Part shown: in pieces, positions 1 through 8,510 of the stretch
Numbering within the stretch: the stretch's first letter is position 1
Layout: each line of letters starts with the position of its first letter
Origin: an uncultured Actinomycetota bacterium
Lineage (GTDB): Bacteria; Actinomycetota; Actinomycetes; Actinomycetales; Cellulomonadaceae
NCBI GenBank assembly: GCA_963777075.1
Contig: CAVZPH010000004.1
Coordinates: forward strand, 79,670 to 103,669
Direction: 5' to 3'
DNA length: 24,000 bases
Notes under the pieces: model-generated
Databases searched by the model: none
Seen by the model: only the letters and a program-made list of their open reading frames with translations
What the model was told of the DNA's origin: nothing
Translations under genes and position numbers: made by a program

Positions 1-211
1 CGGCCTGGGCAGCGCCGAGCTCCTCGATGATGGCCCTGACCTGCTCCTCTGCCTCGTCGTGGAGCTTGCGGAAGCCTCCGTCCATCGCACGGTCAGCGGG
101 GATCTCATGGGTCGCCAGCCAACGTCCGTTGGCGTGGCGGTACAGGTCGTCCTGGGGGCGGACCGTGGGGTCGATGGCGTCGTGGTCGATTCCGCTGCGC
201 GTGCTCGTCAT
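1..211 (-). CDS. M13-family metallopeptidase (PepO-like), N-terminal fragment running off the left edge
   Basis: Minus-strand translation from ATG at 211: MTSTRSGIDHDAIDPTVRPQDDLYRHANGRWLATHEIPADRAMDGGFRKLHDEAEEQVRAIIEELGAAQA; the 'VRPQDDLYRHANGRWL' motif is typical of M13 peptidase N-termini. Confidence 0.8.
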   Translation of the reverse strand, partial: MTSTRSGIDHDAIDPTVRPQDDLYRHANGRWLATHEIPADRAMDGGFRKLHDEAEEQVRAIIEELGAAQA

Positions 212-275
212 CGCCCCAGGTTAGGCGAGACGGACGGCGGCGCCGCACCGGCACCCGGTGCGGCAGGATGGACCC

Positions 276-725
276 ATGCGCATCCACATCGCCGCGGATC
301 ACGCGGGTTTCGAGCTCAAGGCCCACCTCGTCGCCCACCTGGGCGCTGCCGGCCACGACGTCGTCGACCACGGCGCCCACGAGTACGACTCCCAGGACGA
401 CTACCCCTCCTTCTGCTTCGCAGCAGGGCAGGCCGTCGTCGCCGAGCCGGGGAGCCTCGGGATCGTCATCGGCGGATCGGGGAACGGCGAGCAGATCGCC
501 GCGAACAAGGTCCCCGGCGTCCGCGCGGCGCTCGCCTGGAACCTCGACACCGCTCGCCTCGCCCGTCAGCACAATGACGCGAACGTCATCTCGGTCGGCG
601 GCCGGCAGCACACCGTCGAGGAGTCGACCTCCTTCATCGAGGCCTTCCTCGCCGAGCCCTTCAGCGGCGACCCGCGCCACCAGCGACGGATCAACCAGCT
701 CGCCGACTACGAGGCCTCGCGCTGA
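276..725 (+). CDS. rpiB: Ribose-5-phosphate isomerase B
   Basis: MRIHIAADHAGFELKAHLVAHL...GIVIGGSGNGEQIAANKVPGVRAALAWN...HNDANVISVGGR; RpiB/LacAB signature. Start at internal ATG 276 preferred over 258. Confidence 0.93.
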   Translation: MRIHIAADHAGFELKAHLVAHLGAAGHDVVDHGAHEYDSQDDYPSFCFAAGQAVVAEPGSLGIVIGGSGNGEQIAANKVPGVRAALAWNLDTARLARQHNDANVISVGGRQHTVEESTSFIEAFLAEPFSGDPRHQRRINQLADYEASR

Positions 726-764
726 CCCTGCGCACCCGGCTCACGGCGGACCGCGCTGCCCCGC

Positions 765-2006
765 TCACCAGACCCAGCTGCTGAGCGGCGCCTGCGGCCA
801 GCCGAAGGCGACGGCCGCGCGGTGCAGCGCACCAGGGGTGTGCTCGGTCACGAGCCCGGCCGCGGCCAGCCCGGAGAGCGAGATCCCGCCGAGGTAGGCG
901 GAGCCGAGCTCGCGGACGTCCATCGACAGGTCCGCCGTGCGGCCCGTCGCCTCCACCCGCGCGGCGGAGGGTCCGGCGACGAGGTGCCAGCGCCCCTCGT
1001 TCGCCGGCAGGTCGCGGTCGCGCACCTCGAGGACGACGTCGAGGTCCGTCGCGTAGCGCCGCTCGGACAGCGCGGCGGGGACGTCGAGCACGCGCACCCA
1101 CAGGTTGTCGCCCCAGCGCGGCTCCGTCGCGCGCTGGTCGACGAGCAGCGCGAGCAGGGGGTCGTCGACGGCCATCCCCGAGATCTCCACGCTCGCCATG
1201 AGGTCGAGGTCGAGGAGCACCCCCCACAGACGCCGCGCGCTCGCGGCGTCGTCGACGCAGCTCTCGCGCACCTTGACCGTGCCACGGGGCCCGGCGGCCT
1301 CCCAGGCCGAGACGCGCCGGAAGAAGGCGTAGCCGGTGGGCACGCCGGCGCGCTCGACGATCGCGATGCGCAGGGCCTCGGCGCCGTTCCGCTCGCTCGC
1401 CGGGTCGTGGAAGTAGGAGACCTGCTGACGGTTGTCGCGCCGGGCCCAGCCGGGCCGGTCGACGGATCCGTGCAGGGAGGCCACGAGCGGCCCGTGCCGC
1501 TCCAGGTCAGCCAGCTCGAGGCGGACGCTCAGCTCGTCCGTCCCCGGGACCTCGCGCAGGGCGGCCCCGCGGGGGACCCGCAGGCGCAGGTCGTGGGCGG
1601 CCAGGCCGTAGCCGAACCGTCCGTAGATCGCCGGCTCGGCCGCGAACAGCGCCGAGACCGACTCGCCCCGGGCCGCGCTCGATCGGAACAGGTCGTCGAT
1701 CATCGCCCGAAGGATCCCCTTGCGCCGGTGTCCCGGGTGCACGCCGACCCAGGTGAGGCCGGCGACGGCCGTGCTTGCCCCGGGGACGGGGAAGTCGCCG
1801 TACGGGTAGGAGGAGTAGTTGGCGGCGAGGCTGCCGTCCTGCGCGCGCACCCCGCGCGTGCGCTCCCAGGCGATCGGCAGCGGCCACTCGACCGTCGTCG
1901 AGGGCTCGGTCGCCATGGGGAACGCCCAGGCGTCGAGGGTGAGCATCTCGAGGGCGTCGTCCGCGGAGAGGTCGACGAGCCGGTAGCCGGCGGGCAGTGA
2001 GGTCAT
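765..2006 (-). CDS. GNAT family N-acetyltransferase, Eis-like (N-terminal GNAT plus C-terminal sterol-carrier-like domain)
   Basis: MTSLPAGYRLVDLSADDALEMLTLDAWAFP...AGLTWVGVHPGHRRKGILRAMIDDLF...AAEPAIYGRFGYGLA; 413 aa Eis-type layout. The track ORF 765..2990 overextends this frame. Confidence 0.85.
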   Translation of the reverse strand: MTSLPAGYRLVDLSADDALEMLTLDAWAFPMATEPSTTVEWPLPIAWERTRGVRAQDGSLAANYSSYPYGDFPVPGASTAVAGLTWVGVHPGHRRKGILRAMIDDLFRSSAARGESVSALFAAEPAIYGRFGYGLAAHDLRLRVPRGAALREVPGTDELSVRLELADLERHGPLVASLHGSVDRPGWARRDNRQQVSYFHDPASERNGAEALRIAIVERAGVPTGYAFFRRVSAWEAAGPRGTVKVRESCVDDAASARRLWGVLLDLDLMASVEISGMAVDDPLLALLVDQRATEPRWGDNLWVRVLDVPAALSERRYATDLDVVLEVRDRDLPANEGRWHLVAGPSAARVEATGRTADLSMDVRELGSAYLGGISLSGLAAAGLVTEHTPGALHRAAVAFGWPQAPLSSWVW

Positions 2007-2123
2007 GAGGGGATCGTGCCCGGTCCCGCCCGGTCCCCGCCAGGGATGTGCCCGGCGGGGACGCCCTCGCGGACGGCGATCCCGCGAGAGGTCGGCCAGG
2101 TGCTTCGCGGGTAACCTCGACGC

Positions 2124-3287
2124 GTGAGTCCCGAGCAGGTCAGCGTGGTGCCCGTACCCCGGCGCACCCACCAGGCGCGCCCGGGCACGCCGCGGCGGAT
2201 GCGCCGCAGCATCCGGGGGTTGCTGGGGTTCAGCGGGGCCCGCAGCCTCCTGCTCAGGCCGCACCGCATGACCGGCCAGCTCGTCCCCGCCGCGGTCCTC
2301 GCGCTGTTCTCCGTCCTGGTCGCCCTCGGGATGGTCGGCGCCCCGTCCTGGGTGCCCCCCGCGACGATGCTGCTCGTCGTCCTGCTCGGTGTCTTCGTGC
2401 TGCGCCGTGCCGCCATGGTCGCGATCTCCCTGCTGCTGTTCGCCGAGGTGCTCGCCCTGCAGCTGCGCGCACTCGTCGACTTCACCCCGGGGGAGCTGAT
2501 CATCCAGGCGATCGGCGTGCTGGCCGGAGTCGGCTTCGTCCGCTCGCGCGACCGTCTCGGCCTCCAGGGTGCGCCCTCCCAGCTGATGCTCGTCGACCTG
2601 CGTGACCGGCTCGCCGCGCACGGCCGGATCCCCGCGCTCCCGTCGGGCTGGCAGGTCGACTCGGTGATCCACTCCGCCTACGGCGAGGCCTTCTCCGGGG
2701 ACTTCCTCGTCGCGCGGACCAGCGCGGACGGCCGGGTGCTCGAGGTGGTCCTGGTCGACGTGACCGGGAAGGGCCAGGAGGCGGGCGTGCGCTCGCTGCT
2801 GCTCTCCGGGGCCTTCGGCGGGCTGCTCGGCGCGATGCCGCCCGGCGAGTTCCTGCCCGCTGCCAACGGCTACCTGCTCGGCCAGGACTGGCCGGAGGGC
2901 TTCGCGACGGCCGTCCACCTGGCCGTCGACCTCGGCACGGGCGCCTTCCGGGTCTCGCACGCCGGTCACCCGCCCGCCATCCACCTGCACGCCGCCTCCG
3001 GCCTGGTCGAGACGCTCGACGGTGCGGGCGGCCCGGTGCTCGGCGTCGTCGCCGGCGGCCAGTTCCCCGTGCGGGAGGGCGTGCTCGAGACGGGGGACAC
3101 CGTGCTGCTCTACACGGACGGGTTGGTCGAGATCCCCGGGCGCGACCTCGACCTGGGGATCGACCGGCTCATGGGCGTGGCCGAACGCGTGGTCGCGACG
3201 AGGCGCGGGGGAGCAGAGGACGTCGTGGAGGGTGTCCGTGCCGGGGAGAACGACGACCGTGCCCTCGTCCTGGTCCGCCGCGACTGA
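2124..3287 (+). CDS. Membrane-anchored PP2C/SpoIIE-family serine/threonine phosphatase
   Basis: Hydrophobic N-terminal helices, then SGDFLVAR...VVLVDVTGKGQEAG...VSHAGHPPAI...LYTDGLVEIPG...DDRALVLVRRD; SpoIIE/RsbU-type motifs. GTG start. Confidence 0.85.
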   Translation: MSPEQVSVVPVPRRTHQARPGTPRRMRRSIRGLLGFSGARSLLLRPHRMTGQLVPAAVLALFSVLVALGMVGAPSWVPPATMLLVVLLGVFVLRRAAMVAISLLLFAEVLALQLRALVDFTPGELIIQAIGVLAGVGFVRSRDRLGLQGAPSQLMLVDLRDRLAAHGRIPALPSGWQVDSVIHSAYGEAFSGDFLVARTSADGRVLEVVLVDVTGKGQEAGVRSLLLSGAFGGLLGAMPPGEFLPAANGYLLGQDWPEGFATAVHLAVDLGTGAFRVSHAGHPPAIHLHAASGLVETLDGAGGPVLGVVAGGQFPVREGVLETGDTVLLYTDGLVEIPGRDLDLGIDRLMGVAERVVATRRGGAEDVVEGVRAGENDDRALVLVRRD

Positions 3288-3648
3288 GCCGACCGCCGGA
3301 GGCAGGGCCCCGGCGGTCAGCGCGGAGGACTACCTCGAGGCCGTCCTCGACCTCGTCGAGCAGATCCCCGCCGGCCGCGCGACGACGTACGGGACGCTCG
3401 CCGAGGTGCTCCGCGAGCGGCTCGGGGTGGGTGGTCCGCGCCAGGTCGGGACGGTGCTCGCCCGGGCCGGCTCGGCGGTGCCGTGGTGGCGCGTGGTCAA
3501 CGCCTCGGGCCACCCTCCGGCCCACCACCGCACGAGGGCGATCGCGCTCCTGCGCGAGGAGGGCTGCCCGCTGAGCGACGACGGGCGCGCCGACGACGCC
3601 GACGCGCGCGTCGTCCTCCGCCTCGCGCTGTGGTGGCCGGAGGACTGA
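3259..3648 (+). CDS. MGMT-family alkyltransferase-like (ATL) protein
   Basis: EDYLEAVLDLVEQIPAGRATTYGTLAEVLRERLG...VGTVLARAGSAVPWWRVVNASGHPP; the MGMT fold with PWWRV replacing the active-site PCHRV. Start uncertain (GTG 3259 is one possibility, overlapping the upstream gene). Confidence 0.8.
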   Translation: MPSSWSAATEPTAGGRAPAVSAEDYLEAVLDLVEQIPAGRATTYGTLAEVLRERLGVGGPRQVGTVLARAGSAVPWWRVVNASGHPPAHHRTRAIALLREEGCPLSDDGRADDADARVVLRLALWWPED

Positions 3649-3653
3649 CGTCC

Positions 3654-4310
3654 TCAGATCCAGATCGCGGGGTCGAACAGCAGCGAGGCGTCCTCGGTGT
3701 GGTCCGGCCAGGAGGTCGGTGCCGCAGCTTGCGCCGGGCCGTCATGACGCAGACCGTTGCTCGGTGCGGGGACGACGGCGAGCTCGCGGACGACGGCAGG
3801 CACCCCGACGGCGACCGCGCCGGCCGGGACGTCCTTGACGACGACGGCGTTCGCGCCGATCTGCGCCCCGTCGCCCACCCACACGGGCCCGAGCACCTTG
3901 GCACCCGAACCCACGACGACGCGGTCGCCGAGCGTGGGGTGCCGCTTGCCCGGGCGCATCGAGCGGCCGCCGAGCGTTGCGCCGTGGAACAGCACGACGT
4001 CGTCGCCCACGACGGCCGTCTCGCCGATCACCACACCCATCCCGTGGTCGATGAACAGCCGGCGTCCGAGCTGGGCACCGGGGTGGATCTCGATCCCGGT
4101 CGCCGAGCGCGTCGCCTGCGACAGGAGCCTGGCGAGGAGGCGCAGCCCCGGCTCGCGCCACATGCGGTGCGCGACGCGGTAGGCCCACACGGCATGCACC
4201 CCGGGGTAGGCGAGAGCGACCTCGAGGAGGCTGCGCGCGGCGGGGTCCCCGTCGCGCGCAGCCTGGAGGTCCTCACGCAGCACGGTGAGGAATCGCCAGG
4301 CTCGCTTCAC
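3654..4310 (-). CDS. cysE: Serine O-acetyltransferase
   Basis: [45 protein letters not shown]...[44 protein letters not shown]; left-handed beta-helix SAT (EpsC/CysE). GTG start immediately after cysK. Confidence 0.93.
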   Translation of the reverse strand: MKRAWRFLTVLREDLQAARDGDPAARSLLEVALAYPGVHAVWAYRVAHRMWREPGLRLLARLLSQATRSATGIEIHPGAQLGRRLFIDHGMGVVIGETAVVGDDVVLFHGATLGGRSMRPGKRHPTLGDRVVVGSGAKVLGPVWVGDGAQIGANAVVVKDVPAGAVAVGVPAVVRELAVVPAPSNGLRHDGPAQAAAPTSWPDHTEDASLLFDPAIWI

Positions 4311-4311
4311 G

Positions 4312-5247
4312 TCAGTCCATCAGATCGGCGTAGAGGACGGAGGACAGGTAGCGCTCGCCGAAGGACGGCACGATGACGACGATGAGCTTCCCGGCGTTCT
4401 CCGGGCGGTGGGCGAGCTCGGTGGCCGCGTGGATCGCCGCACCGGAGGAGAACCCGACGAGCAGCCCCTCCTCGCGTGCGGTGCGCCGCGCCACCTCGGC
4501 AGCGGTCTCGGCGTTCACGTCGATGATCTCGTCGTACACCGTGGTGTCGAGGATCTCGGGCACGAAGTTCGCGCCGATGCCCTGGATCTTGTGCGGTCCG
4601 GGAGCCCCGCCGTTGAGGATCGGCGACTCGGCCGGCTCGACACCGACGACCTGCAGGCTCGGCTTCTTCTCCTTGAGCGCCTGGCCGGTGCCGGTGATCG
4701 TCCCACCGGTGCCGATGCCCGCGACGAGGATGTCGACCCGGCCGTCGGTGTCGGCCCAGATCTCCTCGGCCGTGGTGGCGCGGTGGATCGCGGGGTTGGC
4801 CTCGTTGGCGAACTGGCGGGCGAGCACGGCGCCAGGGCGCTCGGCCGCGATCTTCTCCGCGGCGTTGACGGCGCCCTTCATCCCCTCACCCGCCGGGGTC
4901 AGGACGAGCTCGGCGCCGAAGGCCCGCAGCAGGGCCCTGCGCTCCTTGGACATCGACTCCGGCATCGTCAGGACGACGTCGTAGCCTCGTGCTGCGCCGA
5001 CCATCGCCAGGGCGATCCCGGTGTTCCCGCTGGTCGCCTCGACGATCGTGCCACCGACGGGCAGCTGGCCCGACTTCTCCGCCGCGTCGATGATCGCGAC
5101 GCCGATCCGGTCCTTGACCGAGCTGGCCGGGTTGTAGAACTCGAGCTTGGCGACGACCTCAGCGCCACCCGTCCCGGTGACCCGGTTCAGGCGGACCAGC
5201 GGGGTGTTGCCGACCAGCGCGGTGACGTCGTCGTAGATGCGTGCCAT
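4312..5247 (-). CDS. cysK: Cysteine synthase A (O-acetylserine sulfhydrylase)
   Basis: [27 protein letters not shown]...[25 protein letters not shown]...[22 protein letters not shown]...[12 protein letters not shown]. Confidence 0.96.
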   Translation of the reverse strand: MARIYDDVTALVGNTPLVRLNRVTGTGGAEVVAKLEFYNPASSVKDRIGVAIIDAAEKSGQLPVGGTIVEATSGNTGIALAMVGAARGYDVVLTMPESMSKERRALLRAFGAELVLTPAGEGMKGAVNAAEKIAAERPGAVLARQFANEANPAIHRATTAEEIWADTDGRVDILVAGIGTGGTITGTGQALKEKKPSLQVVGVEPAESPILNGGAPGPHKIQGIGANFVPEILDTTVYDEIIDVNAETAAEVARRTAREEGLLVGFSSGAAIHAATELAHRPENAGKLIVVIVPSFGERYLSSVLYADLMD

Positions 5248-5271
5248 GGTGCGTGTCCTCGTCTGTGGGGG

Positions 5272-5287
5272 CCGGTGGTGTCACCGG
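5272..5287 (-). promoter_or_regulatory. Short hairpin immediately upstream of the cysK ribosome-binding region
   Basis: CCGGTG-ACAC-CACCGG on the minus strand (6-bp perfect stem, 4-nt loop), 24 nt before the cysK ATG. Confidence 0.35.
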
Positions 5288-5452
5288 TCAGGGGGCGCTG
5301 CGATCTCTGCAGCAGGGAACGACGGTGGCCCGCAGTCCATTCCGGCGCACGGCGACGGTGCGGGAGCGGATCAGTGGGCGCGAGGCGAGCGCTGGGCAGC
5401 TGCAGGTGCACGGCACGTGCAGGCACGACCGTCCGAGGTCGGGGCCAGCGCT

Positions 5453-5527
5453 CTACAGACAGCGACAGCAGGAGGGGACCGACAGCGCGCGCACGCTCAG
5501 CGAGCGGGACGACATGCCGTCAACCAT
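5453..5527 (-). CDS. Putative cysteine-rich regulatory leader peptide (24 aa) upstream of cysK-cysE
   Basis: Minus strand: ggacAGGAGcgagagATG GTT GAC GGC ATG ... GTC CCC TCC TGC TGT CGC TGT CTG TAG = MVDGMSSRSLSVRALSVPSCCRCL*. AGGAG lies 6 nt before the ATG, with three Cys codons directly before the stop and cysK 205 nt downstream. Confidence 0.6.
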   Translation of the reverse strand: MVDGMSSRSLSVRALSVPSCCRCL

Positions 5528-5764
5528 CTCTCGCTCCTGTCCGGTGGGTCCGTGCTGTGGCGACGACGGTAGCCGCTTGATCGGCCGGGAGCAATCCTGT
5601 GCCGTCGACGGGGACGTCGAGTCAGCGGGCGCGCCGCGGCGCGGCGGTATCGTCGGGGCGTCGAAAGGACTCCACGTGCGCTCCGGCACCCCACCCCGGC
5701 CCGGCCCCGCGACCGCCTGCGCGCCGTCCGGCCAGACCGCGGCCCGTGCCGCGGCGGCGGCGGG

Positions 5765-6238
5765 ATGACGACGCCCGCGCACCGCCGGCCGGGGCTCGTC
5801 GCGCTCGTCGCCCTCGGGGGAGCCGTCGGCGCGACCGCCAGGTACGCGCTCGGCCTGGCCGTGCACCCGGCCGGTGGCTGGCCGCTGGGCACGTTGCTGG
5901 CCAACCTCCTCGGCGCCTTCCTCCTGGGGATGCTGCTCGAGGCGCTCGTGCGTCGCGGGCCCGAGACCGAGGCAGGCCGCCGGCTGCGCCTGGCTCTCGG
6001 CACGGGGCTCCTCGGGGGGTTCACGACCTTCTCCTCCTTGGCGCTCGAGCTCGAGCGCCTCCTCGCGGCGGGCTCCGCAGGGGTCGCGCTCGGCTACGCG
6101 GCGGTGAGCCTGGTGCTCGGCTTCCTCGCCTGTCTCGGGGGGATCGCCCTCGCCGCCCGGCACCACGCCTCCGTCGGGCCCGCGGGCTCGGCGTCGGCGG
6201 CACCCGACACGGTCGCCACGGACGGGGAGGCGCGATGA
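5765..6238 (+). CDS. crcB: Fluoride efflux transporter FluC/CrcB, first paralog
   Basis: LVALVALGGAVGATARYALGLAVHPAGGWPLGTLLANLLGAFLLGMLLEAL...LGTGLLGGFTTFSSLALELERLL; the CrcB GxxGAxxRY, GTLxxNxxGxFxxG and GGFTTFSS motifs. Confidence 0.92.
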   Translation: MTTPAHRRPGLVALVALGGAVGATARYALGLAVHPAGGWPLGTLLANLLGAFLLGMLLEALVRRGPETEAGRRLRLALGTGLLGGFTTFSSLALELERLLAAGSAGVALGYAAVSLVLGFLACLGGIALAARHHASVGPAGSASAAPDTVATDGEAR

Positions 6239-6609
6239 CCACGCTGCTCCTGGTGGCCGTGCTCGGCGGGCTCGGCGCGGCCACGCGCTTCGTCGTCGAC
6301 GGCGCGATCCGGACGCGGGCCGGCCGGACCTTCCCGCTGGCGACGGTGGTCGTCAACGTGAGCGGATCGGCCGTCATCGGCCTGCTGGCGGGAGCCGTGG
6401 CCTTCCACGGACTCGGCCCCGGCTGGGCCGTCCCGGCGATGAGCGGCTTCTGCGGCGGCTACACGACGTTCAGCACGGCGATGGTCGAGACCGTCAGGCT
6501 GGTCCAGTCCGGGCGGTTGCGGTACGCCGTGGCCAACGTGCTCGGCACGACGATCGCCTGCCTCGCGGCTGCCGCTCTCGGTGTCGCGGTGATGGCGCTC
6601 CTGCCCTGA
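6235..6609 (+). CDS. crcB: Fluoride efflux transporter FluC/CrcB, second paralog
   Basis: MTTLLLVAVLGGLGAATRFVVDG...FPLATVVVNVSGSAVIGLLAG...MSGFCGGYTTFSTAMVETV; overlaps the upstream gene by ATGA. Confidence 0.92.
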   Translation: MTTLLLVAVLGGLGAATRFVVDGAIRTRAGRTFPLATVVVNVSGSAVIGLLAGAVAFHGLGPGWAVPAMSGFCGGYTTFSTAMVETVRLVQSGRLRYAVANVLGTTIACLAAAALGVAVMALLP

Positions 6610-6637
6610 ACGGCTCCCGGTGGGGCAGGATCGTCGG

Positions 6638-7732
6638 GTGACCTCGCCCACCGAACCCCGCACCGACGCGTCCCCCGCCTCATCGAGCCAGGCCCTGGCC
6701 CCGCTGCCGCAGGGGTGGTCGAGCCGGGTCCCGACGGCCGACGACGTCGTCGCGCTGCACCGGCTGCTGTCCGCGCACGAGTCGGCGGCGCGCGGCTGGG
6801 CGTCCGCCTCGATCGACGACGTCGAGGTCGAGGTCGCCGGTCGGGGGGCAGGGGTCCGCAGGCATCTCCTGGTGCTCGACCAGGACGGCCGGCTGCGGGC
6901 ATGGGCCACCGTGCACGATCGCGCAGCCGGACGCGTGCTCGCTTCCGTCACCGTCGACCCGGCGCTCGAGGCCACCCTGGCGGATCCGGTCGCCGCCGGC
7001 CTGTTCGCGTGGGCGGCCGTCGAGTCCGCCTGGCTCGCCGCCGAGCGCGGGCTCGAGGCGACCCAGGTCGACAGCGGCGCCTTCGACGACGACCAGCGCC
7101 AGCAGCGCTGGCTCGAGCAGGCGGGCTTCGTCCGGACGAGGACCTGGTACCAGATGAGCCGCCCCGTCACCGCCGCCGACGGCGACCCGCTCGCACAGCC
7201 GGAGATGCACCCCGAGCTCGTGGTGCGTCGGGTCGGCAGCGGGGGAGACGGCATGCCGGACGAGGCCGACCTCGTCGCGGTGCACGAGGTCCTCGAAGAG
7301 GCGTTCACCGACCACTTCAACTACCACGCCGAGACCTTCGACGAGTTCCTCGGGCGCCTGCGCGAGGACCCCGGGCACCGTTGGGACCACTGGTGGCTGG
7401 CCGAGCTCGGCGACGGCCCGGACGGTGCGACCCGTCCGGGCGGGGCCCTGGTGAGCACTGTCTCGCCCGGTTCCGACGGTGCGCCCGACGGCAGCTATGT
7501 CGCCTACCTCGGCGTCCTCCGCTCGGCCCGGGGCAGGGGAGCAGCGCGTTCGTTGCTCCAGGCCGTGATCGTCGACGCCGCCGCGCGCGGCCGGGTCTCC
7601 GTCGGGCTCGAGGTCGACGCCGACTCACCGACGGGCGCCGTCGCCCTGTACGAGTCGACCGGGTTCGCGACGAGGTACGTCACGCAGTCCTGGCACCGCG
7701 ACGAGCCGGCGTCGATGCGTCCTGCGCCCTAG
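6638..7732 (+). CDS. GNAT family N-acetyltransferase with two GNAT-like halves, mycothiol-synthase-like architecture
   Basis: GTG start 6638; C-terminal HFNYHAETFDEFLGRL...SYVAYLGVLRSARGRGAARSLLQAVIVDAAARG...GLEVDADSPTGAVALYESTGF is a canonical GNAT; N-terminal WLEQAGFVRTRTWYQM is GNAT-like. Confidence 0.8.
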   Translation: MTSPTEPRTDASPASSSQALAPLPQGWSSRVPTADDVVALHRLLSAHESAARGWASASIDDVEVEVAGRGAGVRRHLLVLDQDGRLRAWATVHDRAAGRVLASVTVDPALEATLADPVAAGLFAWAAVESAWLAAERGLEATQVDSGAFDDDQRQQRWLEQAGFVRTRTWYQMSRPVTAADGDPLAQPEMHPELVVRRVGSGGDGMPDEADLVAVHEVLEEAFTDHFNYHAETFDEFLGRLREDPGHRWDHWWLAELGDGPDGATRPGGALVSTVSPGSDGAPDGSYVAYLGVLRSARGRGAARSLLQAVIVDAAARGRVSVGLEVDADSPTGAVALYESTGFATRYVTQSWHRDEPASMRPAP

Positions 7733-7781
7733 GTGCCATCCGGGGTGCTCCTCGCGGCGGCCAGGTCACGGGACCCCGTCG

Positions 7782-8141
7782 TCAGGCCTTCTTCACGACG
7801 GAGGACTTGAGCTGCATCGCGCCGAAGCCGTCGATCTTGCAGTCGATGTCATGGCCGTCGACGCCGTCGACGAGGCGGATGTTGCGCACCTTCGTCCCGG
7901 CCTTGATCGGGGTGGGGTTGCCCTTGACCTTGAGCGAGGTGGCGACGATCACCGTGTCGCCGTCGGCGAGCGGGTTGCCGACGGCGTCGAGCACGACCCG
8001 GGCGCCCGGCACGGAGTCCTCCTGCGACGCGGGCTCACCGGCCGACCACTCGTGCGCGCACTCGGGGCACACGAGCAGCGCGCCCATCTCGTAGGTGTAC
8101 TCGCTCGAGCACAGGGGGCACGGGGGGAGGGTCGCGGTCAT
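7782..8141 (-). CDS. yjdM: Zinc-ribbon alkylphosphonate-utilization-type protein YjdM (PhnA family)
   Basis: [29 protein letters not shown]...[15 protein letters not shown]...[41 protein letters not shown]. Confidence 0.92.
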   Translation of the reverse strand: MTATLPPCPLCSSEYTYEMGALLVCPECAHEWSAGEPASQEDSVPGARVVLDAVGNPLADGDTVIVATSLKVKGNPTPIKAGTKVRNIRLVDGVDGHDIDCKIDGFGAMQLKSSVVKKA

Positions 8142-8213
8142 GGGGAGTGATCCTACGGACCGCCTCCCGAGCCGGGCGCTGCCCGTCCGGGGACCTCGGT
8201 CCTGCGTTGGTGA

Positions 8214-8317
8214 ACAGATGTGCTGGACAGATGTGCATCCTGTGTTCTAGTCTCCCTGTACCGGCTCGACCACGGCACACAGGTGTGCTCGACGGAAGGT
8301 TGTACGCACAGATGCGT
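8214..8317. promoter_or_regulatory. Cluster of four ACAG(A/G)TG(T/C)G(C/T) repeats in the mtlA upstream region
   Basis: ACAGATGTGC 8214-8223, ACAGATGTGC 8227-8236, ACAGGTGTGC 8279-8288, ACAGATGCGT 8308-8317, all in the same orientation in the 370-nt gap before mtlA. Confidence 0.5.
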
Positions 8318-8510
8318 CAGACGAGAACCCGACCCGACAGCACAGCACGCACCGGCAGGCGAACGGCTGGTGCGCGTGCCTGACCGGTGCGCGGCCATGT
8401 GCCAGCCAGCTCCGTGACAGCGCGGGCACCCCACCGAGGTTCGACACCAACTCCTGGCAGTACCCCTCGACGGCTCAGAGAAGAGCCATCCAGATGAGAG
8501 CGAGTAACCG

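Noticed and set aside
765-2990. 741-aa minus-strand ORF spanning the Eis-like gene and the SpoIIE-phosphatase region
   Set aside because: Only the portion from ATG 2006 has protein-like sequence (MTSLPAGYRLVDLS…); the upstream Arg/Gly/Asp-rich stretch is antisense to the phosphatase gene, a typical high-GC shadow ORF.
5528-5764. Possible fluoride riboswitch ahead of crcB
   Set aside because: I could not find the conserved crcB-motif core by eye; an Infernal search would be decisive.
5453-6166. 237-aa minus-strand ORF opposite crcB
   Set aside because: Low-complexity antisense translation of crcB; only its final 24 codons, with their own SD and start, are considered real (the leader peptide).
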